The notes beneath the pieces were generated by a model. That model worked only from the letters and a program-made list of their open reading frames with translations. It was not told the origin of the DNA and searched no databases. From Girardia tigrina (Eukaryota), in the NCBI GenBank assembly GCA_001938485.1, contig MQRK01230866.1, positions 60,943 through 124,942 on the forward strand: a stretch of 64,000 nucleotides of DNA, written 5' to 3'. The translations under genes and the position numbers were made by a program. Shown piece after piece: positions 1 through 12,352 of this stretch (position 1 is its first letter; the number at the start of each line of letters is the position of its first letter).

Positions 1-106
1 GTAGTATAATAATACTAAGCAGTATAATAATACTACTAAAAAATAAGAAAATAATAATAAATAAAAAAGTTTTAAAAACCACGTTTTCATATGGACTAAA
101 AAGAGG

Positions 107-292
107 AAAATAATTTTTTCTAGACGTGAGAAATTTTATACCTAACTAAAAACGTGGGGCATAGAAATAATCGATTGTTACTAAAAAGCAGTAAAGAGGA
201 AATAGCAGTTACTAATAGCAGTAATTCAGAAATCCGCCCCACGTTTTTGGGTTAGGTATAAAATTTCTCACATGTCTAGAAAAAAATTATTT
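107..292. repeat. Inverted-repeat (MITE-like/fold-back) element with ~55-bp arms
   Basis: 107-160 (aaaataattttttctagacgtgagaaattttatacctaac...aacgtggggc) is the near reverse complement of 236-292 (gccccacgtttt...gttaggtataaaatttctcacatgtctagaaaaaaattattt). Confidence 0.75.
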
Positions 293-381
293 ATATTTTA
301 ATTTGCTTGTTTTTATATTTTTTTTAAATTTACCTTTAGTCATTTTCAAAATTTATGATATGTTTTTCGAGTAATATGATT

Positions 382-632
382 TTAACCATTTGAACCCTAA
401 AGGCCGATAAACCGACCAGATTTGTGGAGACATATACCCTAATGGCCGATTTACCGGCCTCCATATCTATCGTTATAACCAAGAACTTCCTCGAACATGA
501 AATCAGTTCGATGGTGTAGCTAGGTCAGAGTTGATGTCTGCTGATGTGCTAATAATTTTTTGATCAAAAATTACTCAGGCGCTCAGGGATATGGTACTGA
601 TACAATGAAAGTCTTAGAGTTCAAAGAGTTAA
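382..632. mobile_element. Short non-autonomous piggyBac-like element
   Basis: TTAA at both ends with imperfect TIRs: TTAAccatttgaaccctaa ... ttagagttcaaagagTTAA. Confidence 0.6.
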
Positions 633-1794
633 ATTATGTCTAAGTTACCCGGCTTATTTTCAAATAAGCGCAGCCGGCTGCTTTTCAAAAAGAATTATCG
701 AGTTTCGTGAACTTTATTCAACTGTTTTCAACCGTTATTCAACAATAAATTTATAATGCTATTGTTAGTTATATCAATATTTGAAATCAATATTAGAACA
801 ATTAATAATTTTGTTATAATAAAATTCAAATAAATTTTCTATTTCTTTTCATAATTTAATAACACTAATCAACAAATTTAAACTTTTTGTCTGTGTCTAT
901 TATGAAAATTCTTTTTTTCTCACTAGATTGCACTTGCTGATTGCGAATCCACTATTATTTTCTGCCCAGAACCTGTAGTTTGTCTTCTACAGCTACCCTG
1001 GTTATCAGACAAAATAAATACTGCAACTTTATATGATAAAATTTATTTACAGTGCTACATACAAAAACAATGTTATCTAAATTACAGGTGAAGGACCTGC
1101 TTCTTGTATCCACTCGCCACCTCAGAAAATCTTGCAACTTCTATATAAATAATTTATATACCAAATGTTACTAAAAAGAGAACACAGTATAAATAATAGA
1201 ACACGTATACATAATAAACTAGAGGTCCTCGACAAAAATGAAGTTCAGATTCGTGATCAGCACATTCAAATTAGTTAGAAACAAGCAATTTCAAACAGGA
1301 AACAAAACTTGTGTTTATCAATGTAATTAATTCGCCGACCTTTGTTGTTTAAATAATCTTTCATTTAAAAATCCCGATTATATTTTAAGGCTCAAAATTA
1401 AAAATATTTAATTCAATTTTAATTAAAAGTCCTTCCTTTAAATTTTGTTCGAAAAATAATATTTAATTCCAAATCATTTTAAACATTTAATCTAATTTCT
1501 AACATCGAATTTAATTTCTAAAACTGTTTAAACCCTTTGACAAATTTTCAAAATTGTGTGATAAATTATCAAGACTGGATGCAAAAATCTGTATACATAT
1601 TAAGTTTTCTGTTGAATTTAATTTTCAATTTTCTGGATTTTTTTGTTCAATTTACGGTTTAAAATATAACTTTCATAGAATTTACAATTGATTAATGATT
1701 GCAAACATTTGGCTTAAGTTCGGGAAACCTTACAAATACTTCAGTTATTGAATAATATACATTTTTATTAATATATATATATATATATATAGTG

Positions 1795-2132
1795 TTTTAA
1801 AAGAATCATGGTTAAATGCTCTGCTTCTGATTAAATTCACGGTTGTAATAACAACTGGATAATACTCCTATTTAATTATCTTGAAATGTTTTTGCTGCAA
1901 GTTCATTCATATGTATAAAACAATTAGTAACGAATGGGTTAGGACATTCTATTTTTATCAACTCAACAAAATCGAATTTATTGCCAGTATCTCACATGCA
2001 CCATTTGTACGAATTAAGTGAAGTTTTTTTCCCATTCAAAATGGTGTTTTGTAACAAAATTGTTTAACATTGCTAGTGCATCCACTGCTTTTGTAGTTTG
2101 CAGAAGAGCTTTACAAAATAAGGATTCATCTT
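1795..2132 (-). pseudogene. hAT (Buster/ZBED5-like) transposase fragment, interrupted by a solo LTR
   Basis: Minus strand reads ESLFCKALLQTTKAVDALAMLNNFVTKHHFEW...IRTNGA...TTVNLIRSRAFNHDSFK, matching the Buster-type EEFLFC...CTDGA...VNFIRSRALNH; removing the LTR and one TSD copy restores IKEESLFCK. Confidence 0.75.
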
Positions 2133-2601
2133 TATGAGGGGTTAGTTTAAATTTGCATTTCGCCATAATAGTTTATTATTTTTTTAATTTGAAAATTAAA
2201 AAAAGTAAATTAAAAATTAACACGTAAAGTAAAAATATCATAAAAAAGCAATACTTATTTAAAATATGCTTGCAGTGATATTTTAATAAAAGTATATATA
2301 TAATAAAAGTTATGAAATAAGTTTAAAGAAATTTTAAAACAACGGATTAATATTTTAAGAAATAATTTTTGTAATAAAAGGCTTATAGTAAATTTAAATT
2401 AATTAGTTTTTATGATGAAGTTTCGTAAAAATGTTAGAATTATTTTAAAGTTTAAAATTTAATAGATTAATTTTGGGCGAAATAATTGATTAACAAGAAA
2501 TTTGTTTAAATATGTGAATTGTTGATATTAAGAAAAATTGTGGTGTTAAATTATGAGTACTGAATTAGATAATAATGAAAGTGGCATAAACGCTACTTAC
2601 A
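2133..2601. mobile_element. Solo LTR-like repeat, family A, copy 1
   Basis: Termini tatgaggggttag ... gtggcataaacgctacttaca shared with 5417-5980; degenerate 5-bp TSD atctt/ctcct. Confidence 0.65.
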
Positions 2602-2811
2602 CTCCTTAATACATGCAAATATTTAGATACAAAATAATTTTTATCATTTTGTTGTGTTTGATAAGAAAAGTTAACAACTTTTAGAATTCAAAATTAATTT
2701 GGTGTGGTAGAACCCTAAAATATCATTCATGGACACCAGGTTAAGAACCGCTGGATTAAATCGTTTGTTGAATTTGACATTTTTAAAATTTTTTTTCGAT
2801 TTCATTTCTAG

Positions 2812-2966
2812 GAGAACGATCCAATATTTCATCCGACGCCAGGAGTGTCTCGTCCGATGTCCCAGTTGACAGAAGAAGAGCAAATCATTATCGCAACGAG
2901 ACTGGGATTGTTGAATTCGTTGGCGATGTTCATTTACGATGAGTCGAAGAAAGAAAAGTTTGTGGA
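2812..2966 (+). CDS. RNF11: RING finger protein 11-like, internal exon
   Basis: ag|GAG...GA|gtgagt; encodes ENDPIFHPTPGVSRPMSQLTEEEQIIIATRLGLLNSL..., matching RNF11 YHPTP..QLTEEEQI.IA.R.GL; phase-2 end joins the exon at 16149 (GA|A = Glu). First exon not found in the window. Confidence 0.92.
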
Positions 2967-3834
2967 GTGAGTAGATTTAAAGTTTGTTACGTTTATTTTG
3001 ATCACGGATTTCAAAAGAAAAGGCTGGATTTCGTTTCACACCCCAACATTTTACCTTAAATGAAAATTGAAACAAATTTCCATCCAAATTATATTTTGTA
3101 TAATAAATGCAAAAGAAATAACTGCAAATTATGAAATATTTGGACCTATTTTATGACAATAATAAATTCTTCACACTCACAACACACAATCTTAGTCTCA
3201 CAATGTAATTTGCAGACACATTTACCACACATAACACAAATATTAGAAACTTTACGATCATATAACTATTAATACAAATAATGAATTTAAGCATCTCTGT
3301 GGTCTAGTTCATCTTCTAAGTCCCTATTTTCTTCAATATGTGTCTGTGACCGATATTGTTGATTCGTCACACTCAAGTTCTCTTTATTTAATCATTTTGA
3401 ACAGAAACAACTAAACAACTAATTCAAAACTAAAAATGAAAAAAAATATTTCTTTATAAAAATTATCACTATAAAATGAATGAGTTTGAAAATTTAAACT
3501 AAAAATGTGTGCAAATTATAACGAAATATATGTACTTTAATTACTCAGAAGTAAATTGCTCTCAAAAATTCAGAAAGAAAGGTAATCAAATAATTATTCT
3601 ACCTGGATCAATTTTGACACATGTTCTTACAGCAGGGATTGTCTGTTTCGAATATTACTCATCGCAACAAATTATAAAACAAAGTGGTGTACATTTGATG
3701 AAAATCGGACAATGCCAACTATATTAAAATATACTCTAAAAATAAAAGTAAAAATAATAAATAAATTTTTAACACAACTTAATATTAAACAATCTTAATA
3801 CTAAAATAATATTAAAATGTACAAAATGTTTTTT

Positions 3835-3968
3835 TAGATCTAAAAGATAGTTAAATTAAGTTATTTCAGCATCAACAATTAATTTATTATTTATTGGGAA
3901 ATAAGATAAAATATTTAGATAATATTTTTTAGAAGATAAATACAAATATTTATGTATTACAGAAAATA
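3835..3968. repeat. 134-bp direct repeat, copy 1
   Basis: Identical by eye to 5261-5394. Confidence 0.9.
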
Positions 3969-4404
3969 TTTCTGAAAAAAATCTACAAAAGGGATTCAGA
4001 GCTGACTGAAACCCAATATTGATGATATGTATATCACCATGTGATATTTAGATTTGACAATTGATGATTGTTACTGATTGAAAGTTATTCGCTTCGGTAT
4101 TGCATTGATTTTGTGTGTCCTTGGGCTGATCCTCTTCCCTCAGTACATTGATATTATTAAGAACACCAACATGGGTTTTCAAACTTTTATTTTCATTACA
4201 ATCAGAATTGTCTTTTGGACAACTCTCAGCAAAACTCTCGTCATTCGACATCGTTCTAAATTGATAATTTTTTATTAATGTTTGTTAATAAATAATTATT
4301 CGAACAAAATTTTCATTATTTTCAGATTTTATTTTTACAGTTCAAATTTGGTAATTTTAGTATTAATTTTATTTACATATTAATTTCATTTAAAAAATAT
4401 TTTA

Positions 4405-4684
4405 TGTAAAGAAAGAACATTTATTTAATTCAAAACTTAGTTAAAACTATTTATTTTATTTAAATTTTAATATGAAAATTTGAAATGATTTAATATTTTT
4501 AATGTTTTTAAATATCTTATGCTGTACTTTAAAATGTAAATTATATTCGAATAATTATCTATCGTGAACATCCAAAATACCAATTTTCCATCTGGGTGGG
4601 AGAAACACATTTCCAAATACTAAACTCAACATACAAAATTCAACAAACCAATTTCAACATACCAAATTTAAAATATTCCTCACA
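4405..4684 (-). mobile_element. LTR-like repeat, family B (starts TGTGAGGAATA)
   Basis: Minus strand TGTGAGGAATATT...ctcccacccagatgg...aataaatgttctttctttACA; related copies at ~17294-17355(+), ~18955-19170(-), ~39257-39355(+), ~53581-53689(-); no TSD found, 3' boundary uncertain. Confidence 0.5.
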
Positions 4685-5190
4685 GATATCATTCTGTTTT
4701 TCCTTCAGATGGACGAGATCTTGAGCTGACTGTGAAATATGGAGGTTGGATGCATCTGTGAATATTTCCTGTGTAATTTCTTGAACACTGGCGCACTGAA
4801 TGAGCGGGGGCCAAGATCCTGCATTACTCTTCTTCTTCTTCTTCTTCATCTTCTCTCGAAATCTCTCATATTCAGTCACGTCCACAAATTTTGGGAATAG
4901 AGCCAGTTTAATCTTTTTCATTTGCCGGCGTAATGATACGTTGTCAATGATGTATTCGACAAAGTAAGATATCAAGAAGTTTGCGATCACAAATGAAAAT
5001 AAAATCGCGTTCACCCATAAAGTCGGGAAAGAAACAAGATCTAACAGATCTCTCAACCATTCAAACGGTTTGAATACGATATAGATACATGCGGCTAGAA
5101 CCGCGAGAAGGTTGAAGACGAATAAATAGTTTCGGTAAAATTGAACTCTAAATGGAGTACCTTTGGAGAATACGATTGCAAGAATAATGT
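4685..5190 (-). pseudogene. P5B-type ATPase (ATP13A2/3-like) C-terminal membrane region, isolated fragment
   Basis: Open frame IILAIVFSKGTPFRVQFYRNYLFVFNLL...FEWLRDLLDL...ANFLISYFVE matches the ATP13A (FQY)IILA.VFSKG.PFR motif; starts abruptly without an AG acceptor and runs into the family-B LTR-like repeat. Confidence 0.8.
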
Positions 5191-5260
5191 TTTTAATTAT
5201 TTGATGATTAAAAATACTATAAAATATTTATCATTATGTATATACTGCCAATAAAATAAA

Positions 5261-5394
5261 TAGATCTAAAAGATAGTTAAATTAAGTTATTTCAGCATCA
5301 ACAATTAATTTATTATTTATTGGGAAATAAGATAAAATATTTAGATAATATTTTTTAGAAGATAAATACAAATATTTATGTATTACAGAAAATA
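5261..5394. repeat. 134-bp direct repeat, copy 2
   Basis: Identical by eye to 3835-3968. Confidence 0.9.
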
Positions 5395-5416
5395 AAATAC
5401 AAGCTAATTTTATTCT

Positions 5417-5980
5417 TATGAGGGGTTAGTTTTAAGTTTCGCCAAAATAGTTTATTGTTTTTTTAGTTTTGAAAATTTAAAGGAAATAAATTAGAAAATT
5501 AAAATGCAGAGTAAAAATATGATAAAAATAAATACTTATTTAAAATATGTTTACATTAATAACAATTAATATATTTTATAAGTGGAATAAGTTAATGGAT
5601 TAATATTTTTAGAAATAATTTTTTTTAATAAAAGGGCTTATTGTAAATTTAAATTAATTAGTTTTTATGATAAAGTTTCGTAAGAATGTAAAAGTATTTT
5701 ACATTTTAAATTTTGTAAATTTTTTTTGTAAAAAAATGCAAAATTATTTAAGGTTTTAAATTTTGTAAAAATTTTTTGCAAAAAATGTAAAATTATTTTT
5801 AAGGTTTAATTTTCGTGAATTTTCAGAATTTAATCGAAAAGAATTGTAAATTAATTTTGGGCGAAATAATTGAATTAATTTGTTTAAGAATGTGCATTGT
5901 TGTTATTAATAAATTTTTGTGGTGTTAAATTATGACTTCAGAATGTGATAATAATGAAAGTGGCATAAACGCTACTTACA
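5417..5980. mobile_element. Solo LTR-like repeat, family A, copy 2
   Basis: Perfect 5-bp TSD attct at 5412-5416 and 5981-5985; same termini as 2133-2601. Confidence 0.75.
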
Positions 5981-6293
5981 ATTCTAAATTAAACAAATAT
6001 TATTTATTTATGTTTTTTTCAATTTTTAAAATTAATTGGTATTATCAAAACTGAAATAATTTAGAATAATTTCTTTTCATTAATTTAGTTGAATATTATA
6101 TCTTTAAAAATCTTTTAAAATTTAGATTCTTTATTTTTCCTAAATTTCTAAGAAAACAATATAAATTATTGGTTAATTTCTTTTTTATATATTGATGTAT
6201 TTTTTTTCTAATAAAATTGTTACTCAATAGTTGTTCAAATTAATTTTTAGCTGTGTTATATACATTTGCTGCATCACGCATATGTAATGATTA

Positions 6294-6708
6294 TACAGGG
6301 TTGCGCAAATGTCAGTTTACCATTTTAAAATAAATATATTTTTTGTATATAAATGTACTTTATTATTTCTGACTTGATTTGACATCACCAGACATTTTCC
6401 ATTGGGGATATCTTAAAGAAAAGTTATACATAAATAAGCTGTGAACTATCCAACAACTTAAAGCAAGAGAGAATTCGTTTCATATAGTCTCAGGGACTAA
6501 GAACTGTCATGAAAAATGCCTTAAAAAACTCGGTGTTTGCAAAGCTAAAAATGGAGACCATTAACATGACATCATTTTTTCATAAATATTCAAAATAAAA
6601 TTGTAATTTGTAAGATTTGTACACAAATAAAGAATTAATAAAGTACATTTATATACAAAAAGATATTTTATTTTAAAATAGTAAAGCGACCTATATTCCA
6701 CCATGTTA
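6294..6708 (+). mobile_element. Internally deleted Tc1/mariner element
   Basis: TAcagggt left end; ~65-bp imperfect TIRs; interior encodes DLTSPDIFHWGYLKEKV (SPDL..DF.LWGYLK type) and ...NGDH. Confidence 0.7.
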
Positions 6709-8642
6709 ACACATGTAAGGATAATATTAAAATAATTTTGAATATACCTGGTAATCATAATTTAATGGAAATAAAGGATGTTGGGTTCTTGATCAAGAAT
6801 AGAATTCATCAACACAAAATTTTATTTCTATAACAATAACAATTATTTAAACAATTTTTCTTGAGGAACTTTTCTTTTGTTTTCTTTTGACCAGATTAAT
6901 TATACATAAAATACTGGATTATAATACTGATGAGTTATTTATTAAAAACGTTAATTTAAAATGGAACTTATTATTTTTTTTATTACATTAAATTTTTAAT
7001 ATTTTATAAAATTTCTTTAAAATACATTATAAAATCTACGCAATTTAATTTTTTTATTGTACATCCTTTTTAAAACGTATTTTAGCTAATTTACAACGAT
7101 TTCTATCAATTTAATTGTTTTTTAATTCAATATTTAATTTAAAACCCAGTTCATATTTATATACTTTAAATACAAAAAAATAATTTAGAATATTTAAATT
7201 TGTTATACTCTAAAATTTATTATAAATTTTTAATGGTTGTTTTATTTTTAAAAAGTTGTTTAAAAATTTCATTATTTATCAAATTATTAATTTACAAAAT
7301 TTTCAAGCTGCTCCTCACAAAGGATATTATTATTTTTAAGGTAAAATTTTTATTGATACAGCAAAGCGATTCATTTCAATTCAAAGCGTTAACATTTTTC
7401 GTGTCCTTTACTCTAAAGTCTTTTTACTATTTATACTCAATTGCATTAATATTTATTTTCCTGTTCATTTATTCCTGTTACTAAAACATAGTTGTAACCA
7501 GTAATAAATACAAGTATATAATAACGTATCTTGTTGGTAACTTGTTGGTAGTAATTGAAGTAACATCTGATAGATGCACATCCAACTGAACTCTTTCAAT
7601 GTTTCGTGCGTTAATAAATACACAATGTTTGCGTACCTTATTTTGTTATCACGTTTTTTTCATATCAACAAGTCCTTAATTTAAATATAAATACAGTTAT
7701 TTTCATTTATTTTATGTTAAGTTCAGCAAATAAAGAAAGGGAATGTGTTTGTTATATTGTAAACAGTCGACACTATCGACTTTGATACACTGAGATCATA
7801 TTAAAATACAAAATAAGTCTTATTGCATGAAATCAAGGACGCATAAATTCAAATTTATATATTTTATTACGAATTATTCGATACAATTTATTTACTATTA
7901 GAAATTTGATATATAAAACGCAATGAATTTAGTAAATACTGATAAAATTCTTTTACAAATTTTATTTGATAAATACTATTTTGTACCATTTAATGATGTC
8001 TAAAAGTAAAGTCCTGTATATACAATAAAAATTTATTTGCAAAATAAATACAAGTATCATAGAACTGAATATTATATGTTATTAATTATTTCGAGATTAT
8101 GTATGATTACTATAGATCAGCATACGGTGTAATTAAGCGTCTGTTTTAATTACCTAACATTTTGAACCAGTTTTGCATATTATTTTTTTGGAAATAGATA
8201 AATCTAGGGAATAGTTTATTGTCGCATGATTTTATGTAATTTCTAAGATGCTTAAATTTTAAATGTAAAGATTAAGCGATAATTTCCTCTTAATTATGGT
8301 TGCATTTTTGTGATTTGATGTGTCAAATTTTCGAAAATCTTTTTTCGCAAATTATTCAAATTAATTTGAAAATAGAAAAATTAAAATTCATCAAAATTAA
8401 AAAGAAAATAAAATGCTCTAAACTCTTCAAAATCAAACCCGACTAAGATAGGAAAACAATATAAAATTTAAGATATGCTAGGGTAAATACTGGAGGACAA
8501 ACAATTCGTATTCAAGAAAGCTACAAATGTTTATATTAATAAGAAGAAAATGAAATAAAATGAAGAAAAGAGATCAAAGTTAAGGAGAAATCAAAATTTT
8601 AACAAAATTTTACAAGGGTAACGGTATCATCATACTTAACAT

Positions 8643-9120
8643 TGGGGATGGACCGGTGTCCTTTTTTTTGAAATTTTTGAGTATGAGCCGGTGCCGGTTT
8701 TGCAAAAATTGAAAAAAATTAACATTTTAACTAAATGATAATTAAATACAATACTATATACGAAATATAATGTTGATAAGAAACTATCTAAATAAATCGA
8801 TAAGCAAAAAAGAAGCCTCTTTCTAAATTACATTTTAACAATTCATCAATCGATCAAATGCAAATTAAATTTTCAAAAGATGAGTTTTGCTACATTTTCT
8901 GAAAGAATTCGAAAGAGATAATCAGTGATGATGTCTCCAGCTGTACTGAAGACTCTTTCTGCTGGAACACTTGTTGAATGTGGAACAAGGTAAACACGTG
9001 TCATAGGTGCCATTTTAAGAAGTTTATCGAAGGAATAAAAATGGTACAAAAGGGATAAATTGTTTGAGAAATTTATTCGAGATGTGGCATCATTAAAACG
9101 AAAAAGATATGTTGAAGCGG
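8643..9120 (-). mobile_element. hAT element 3' end with dimerisation-domain remnant
   Basis: ORF 8873-9187 contains STSVPAERVFSTAGDII...ENVAKLIF (hAT dimerisation motif); end sequence tggggatggaccgg...ccggtgccgg. Confidence 0.75.
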
Positions 9121-9346
9121 ATAATATCAACAACGCGACGCTATGAAATAATTTTATAATTATAGCGTTTCCAGGCGGTGGAGACAAAACGGTCTGATTC
9201 GTCGAATTCCTATGATCAGAACATTTTAAATGTCAAGTAAACAAATTTAGTGCGTTTAAATAATACAAAGCAAGAAATCTAAAAAGTTATTTTTTTATAT
9301 TTTATGTTTATATTTAAGAGTCCATGATAAAACTATATTATATATA

Positions 9347-9849
9347 TGTTATGCCGAATTTGTGTATTCGGCAACCATTTTGCCGAATTTGTGAAATCGG
9401 CAACAGTTTACTGAAATAGTGTAATTGCCGAATTTATGAACTAGTCAATTTTTGCTAAATTCACTAACTATATGAAAAATTTTCACTTTAGAATGAAAAT
9501 ATCTCCATTTAAAATGAAAGATTATGTATTTAATATGAAAAATATGTATATAATATGAAAAAATTATCAATTTAATATGAAAAAATAAATTACACATTAA
9601 AAAATCTTAATTTATTATGCAAAATAGATTCCAAATGTAAAATTTTTATTCATAGTTATTTAAACATCTTCCTTGGTGACAAGCTGAATTGCAAACGTTT
9701 GTATTTCAAAGCATTTTTCATATTAAATTGATATTTTTCATATAAAATTGATTTTTTTCATATTAAATACTAATATCAATTTCATAATTGAATTAAAAAG
9801 TTTTTTTTAAAAAAATTGCCGAGTTCGTGAATTACAAAAATTCGGCATA

Positions 9850-9852
<3 letters not shown>
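9347..9852. mobile_element. MITE inserted in microsatellite, copy 1
   Basis: TIRs tgttatgccgaattt / aaattcggcataaca with subterminal gccgaatt repeats; flanked by (TA)n and (CA)n(TA)n; inverted copy at 26733-27321. Confidence 0.8.
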
Positions 9853-9892
<40 letters not shown>

Positions 9893-9895
<3 letters not shown>

Positions 9896-10412
9896 TGGGT
9901 TGGCCAAAAAGTCATTGCTTTTTTTACTTAAATATTTATTATCAAAAAAATGACATGGATGCACAAATATTTTTACACGATATACTGTTCATTATTTTCA
10001 ATCACTTTCTTCCACCTTTCCGGTAGCTTCATTATTCCATGATTCATAAAAACCTTTACCTTTGTCAGCAAAAAAGCCGTCTAGGAACGATTTGATGTCA
10101 TCATCACTGGCGAAGTTTTAAGGAGTCACTACCATATACAAAACATCTTCTTATGAGCTTGCACATCGGTTTTCCCTTTGCGAAAATAATGCAACAAAAC
10201 ATGACGAATATGCTCATTTTGATTTTCCATTTCGAATTGACGGTAAAGTAATAAATTAAAACCAAATCAATTAATATTTTGTATAAACATAGTCTGAAAA
10301 TTAAGGTTTCAGAATATATAATTGATTTTAAATTTTATCACATCATTTTATATTTTCAAATTTTTTATTAGGATGTACTCCAAAACGCTATGACTTTTTG
10401 GCCAACCCAATA
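9893..10412 (-). mobile_element. Mariner deletion derivative
   Basis: TIRs TAttgggttggccaaaaagtcat / atgactttttggccaacccaaTA; minus strand has N-terminus MENQNEHIRHVLLHYFRKG fused to C-terminus ...KLPERWKKVIENNEQYIV. Confidence 0.88.
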
Positions 10413-12352
10413 CATATATGTTAACAATTTATAATTTTTTAAAATTTAATTAATGTAATTAGAAATTAATATATATGTTAAATAATTGTCTTAAACGATT
10501 TACTTGTATGGAAAATTAATTATTTTATAACATAAAATCATTTCAAAAAGGTATCAAAATTACTGTAAGATATTACTTCATAATAAAATCTGTATAACGT
10601 ATCATTTTTGAGATCTTATTTTTAACATCACTTGTTTTTTAAGAGTTTTATTTATGAGAATTATACTAATTCTCGTAAACATTGAGTATAAAACCGGTAG
10701 ATTTTCGTCGGAGCTGAAACATTCCTCGCATTGTAAAAGTTCCCTATTCTGACCGTTTTTTAAAATTTAAACATTGCTTACTTAATTACTTTAACAACGA
10801 TACAAAATTTGTCTGTCACTTTGAAAGTAAAAGGATTTTTCTCGTTAAAATCAAAAACAGATTTGGGTGTGCGAGCTAATATTAGGTATACCTTCCTGTG
10901 AAGTCTTGTATAAAGAATTCTATGTTTAGCATTTAATCTAATAATTTTTTACTAATTTATCTAATTTACAGTTCAGAATTGCAAGAGGTTTCAATTGGTT
11001 TATGTCTTGCCTTCTGTTGACGTGCTTGTTTAAAACAATGATTTTAAGGAATATGCTAAATTGGGTATTTGAATGGAAAACTGGTATATTGGATGTTTGT
11101 GATGAGTAATTCTTCAAGCATGTTTTATGTTTTAAATTACACCATAATATTTAATTTTTTTTAAAATTAATATTTAAAAATTTAAACTTAAAAAGAAATT
11201 ATTAATTTTGTTGAAGTAAAAAAGTTTTGAATCGTTTTTAGAATAAAATTTACTAAAATAACTTTTAAGACAGATTTAAAATGAAATTATAAAATTGATC
11301 TATTGAAAGTTTTTAAAATGAAATCGTTTAAATTAATTTAATTGTATAAAATGGAACTCTTTATTTGATAATTATTTTAAAACGATTCATTATATAATCT
11401 AATCAATTTAATTCGACATCCACTGATGAAAGTGTTGTTGAGAGTTGTCCTGGAAACAATTCCAGTTGTGATAGTAATAAAAATAATGCAAATGATACTA
11501 GTGTTCTTACTAAGGACTATGTTCACAACACTGATTCTTAAACTTTTTTCCAGAAAGTTGTAAAATTTTTCTTTAACTTTTACAATTTAATATAAAGGAA
11601 ATTGTGCTATTTCTAAAAGAAACTTTAACTGAAGTAGTAATATAATTTTGTATTTCAACTAATTTTACCAATCACGTATCTTATAATTACAATATCGTTC
11701 ATTTCCAACGATGTTTGATGCACCATAAAGTTGGTTTCACTTAAATCATTTTAAGATACAACCGACTTAAACAATATCAATATTATCATTAGTAATTTTG
11801 ACATTTTAGATATTAATTTTGATCAAGTGTTTGTATTGTTTTTTTTTCACATTTTTTTCTATTGTTTCATCATCTTTTATTATCTTCATAACATTTTAGA
11901 TCAAAAATATGATGTAAAAATTATAGTTTGACTAATTAGCATAGACTTGTATCATCACCTCTCAATTGGTTGAAATTCACAATTAAAAAAAGTTAAATCA
12001 TAATAATACTGTTTTATCTAAATTAATAAAATTGCTATGGTTCGTAAAACATTTACATTTCTCTTTGAATTTTGAACTTTGTACAAGTAGATCAGAAGTA
12101 TGTGAAAATTAAGTTGAAAACTTATGTGAAGTGGCTCTTTTAACGCATGGACTTAATTATCAATAAATCATTTAAGTAAAGAACGAAAGGAATCGCTATT
12201 GAATTAAAATAGTAAAATAATAATTTTCAATTATAAAAAGATAATGATAATAATAAATTTATTTTGTGTAATTTTTGATTCGTTCAATTAACGATTACGA
12301 TAAAACTTCGTTATTTCTAAGAAAAATGTTTAATTAATCAAAAAACAATAAA

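Noticed and set aside
2130-2600. Repeat read simply as a conserved spliceosomal intron
   Set aside because: The 5-bp TSD at copy 2 and restoration of IKEE.LFC on removal show it is an inserted LTR-like element; splicing is kept only as a hypothesis
10670-11140. Possible Mutator-like transposase remnant (also ~59760-60040)
   Set aside because: Only faint motif hints, many stops, no TIRs
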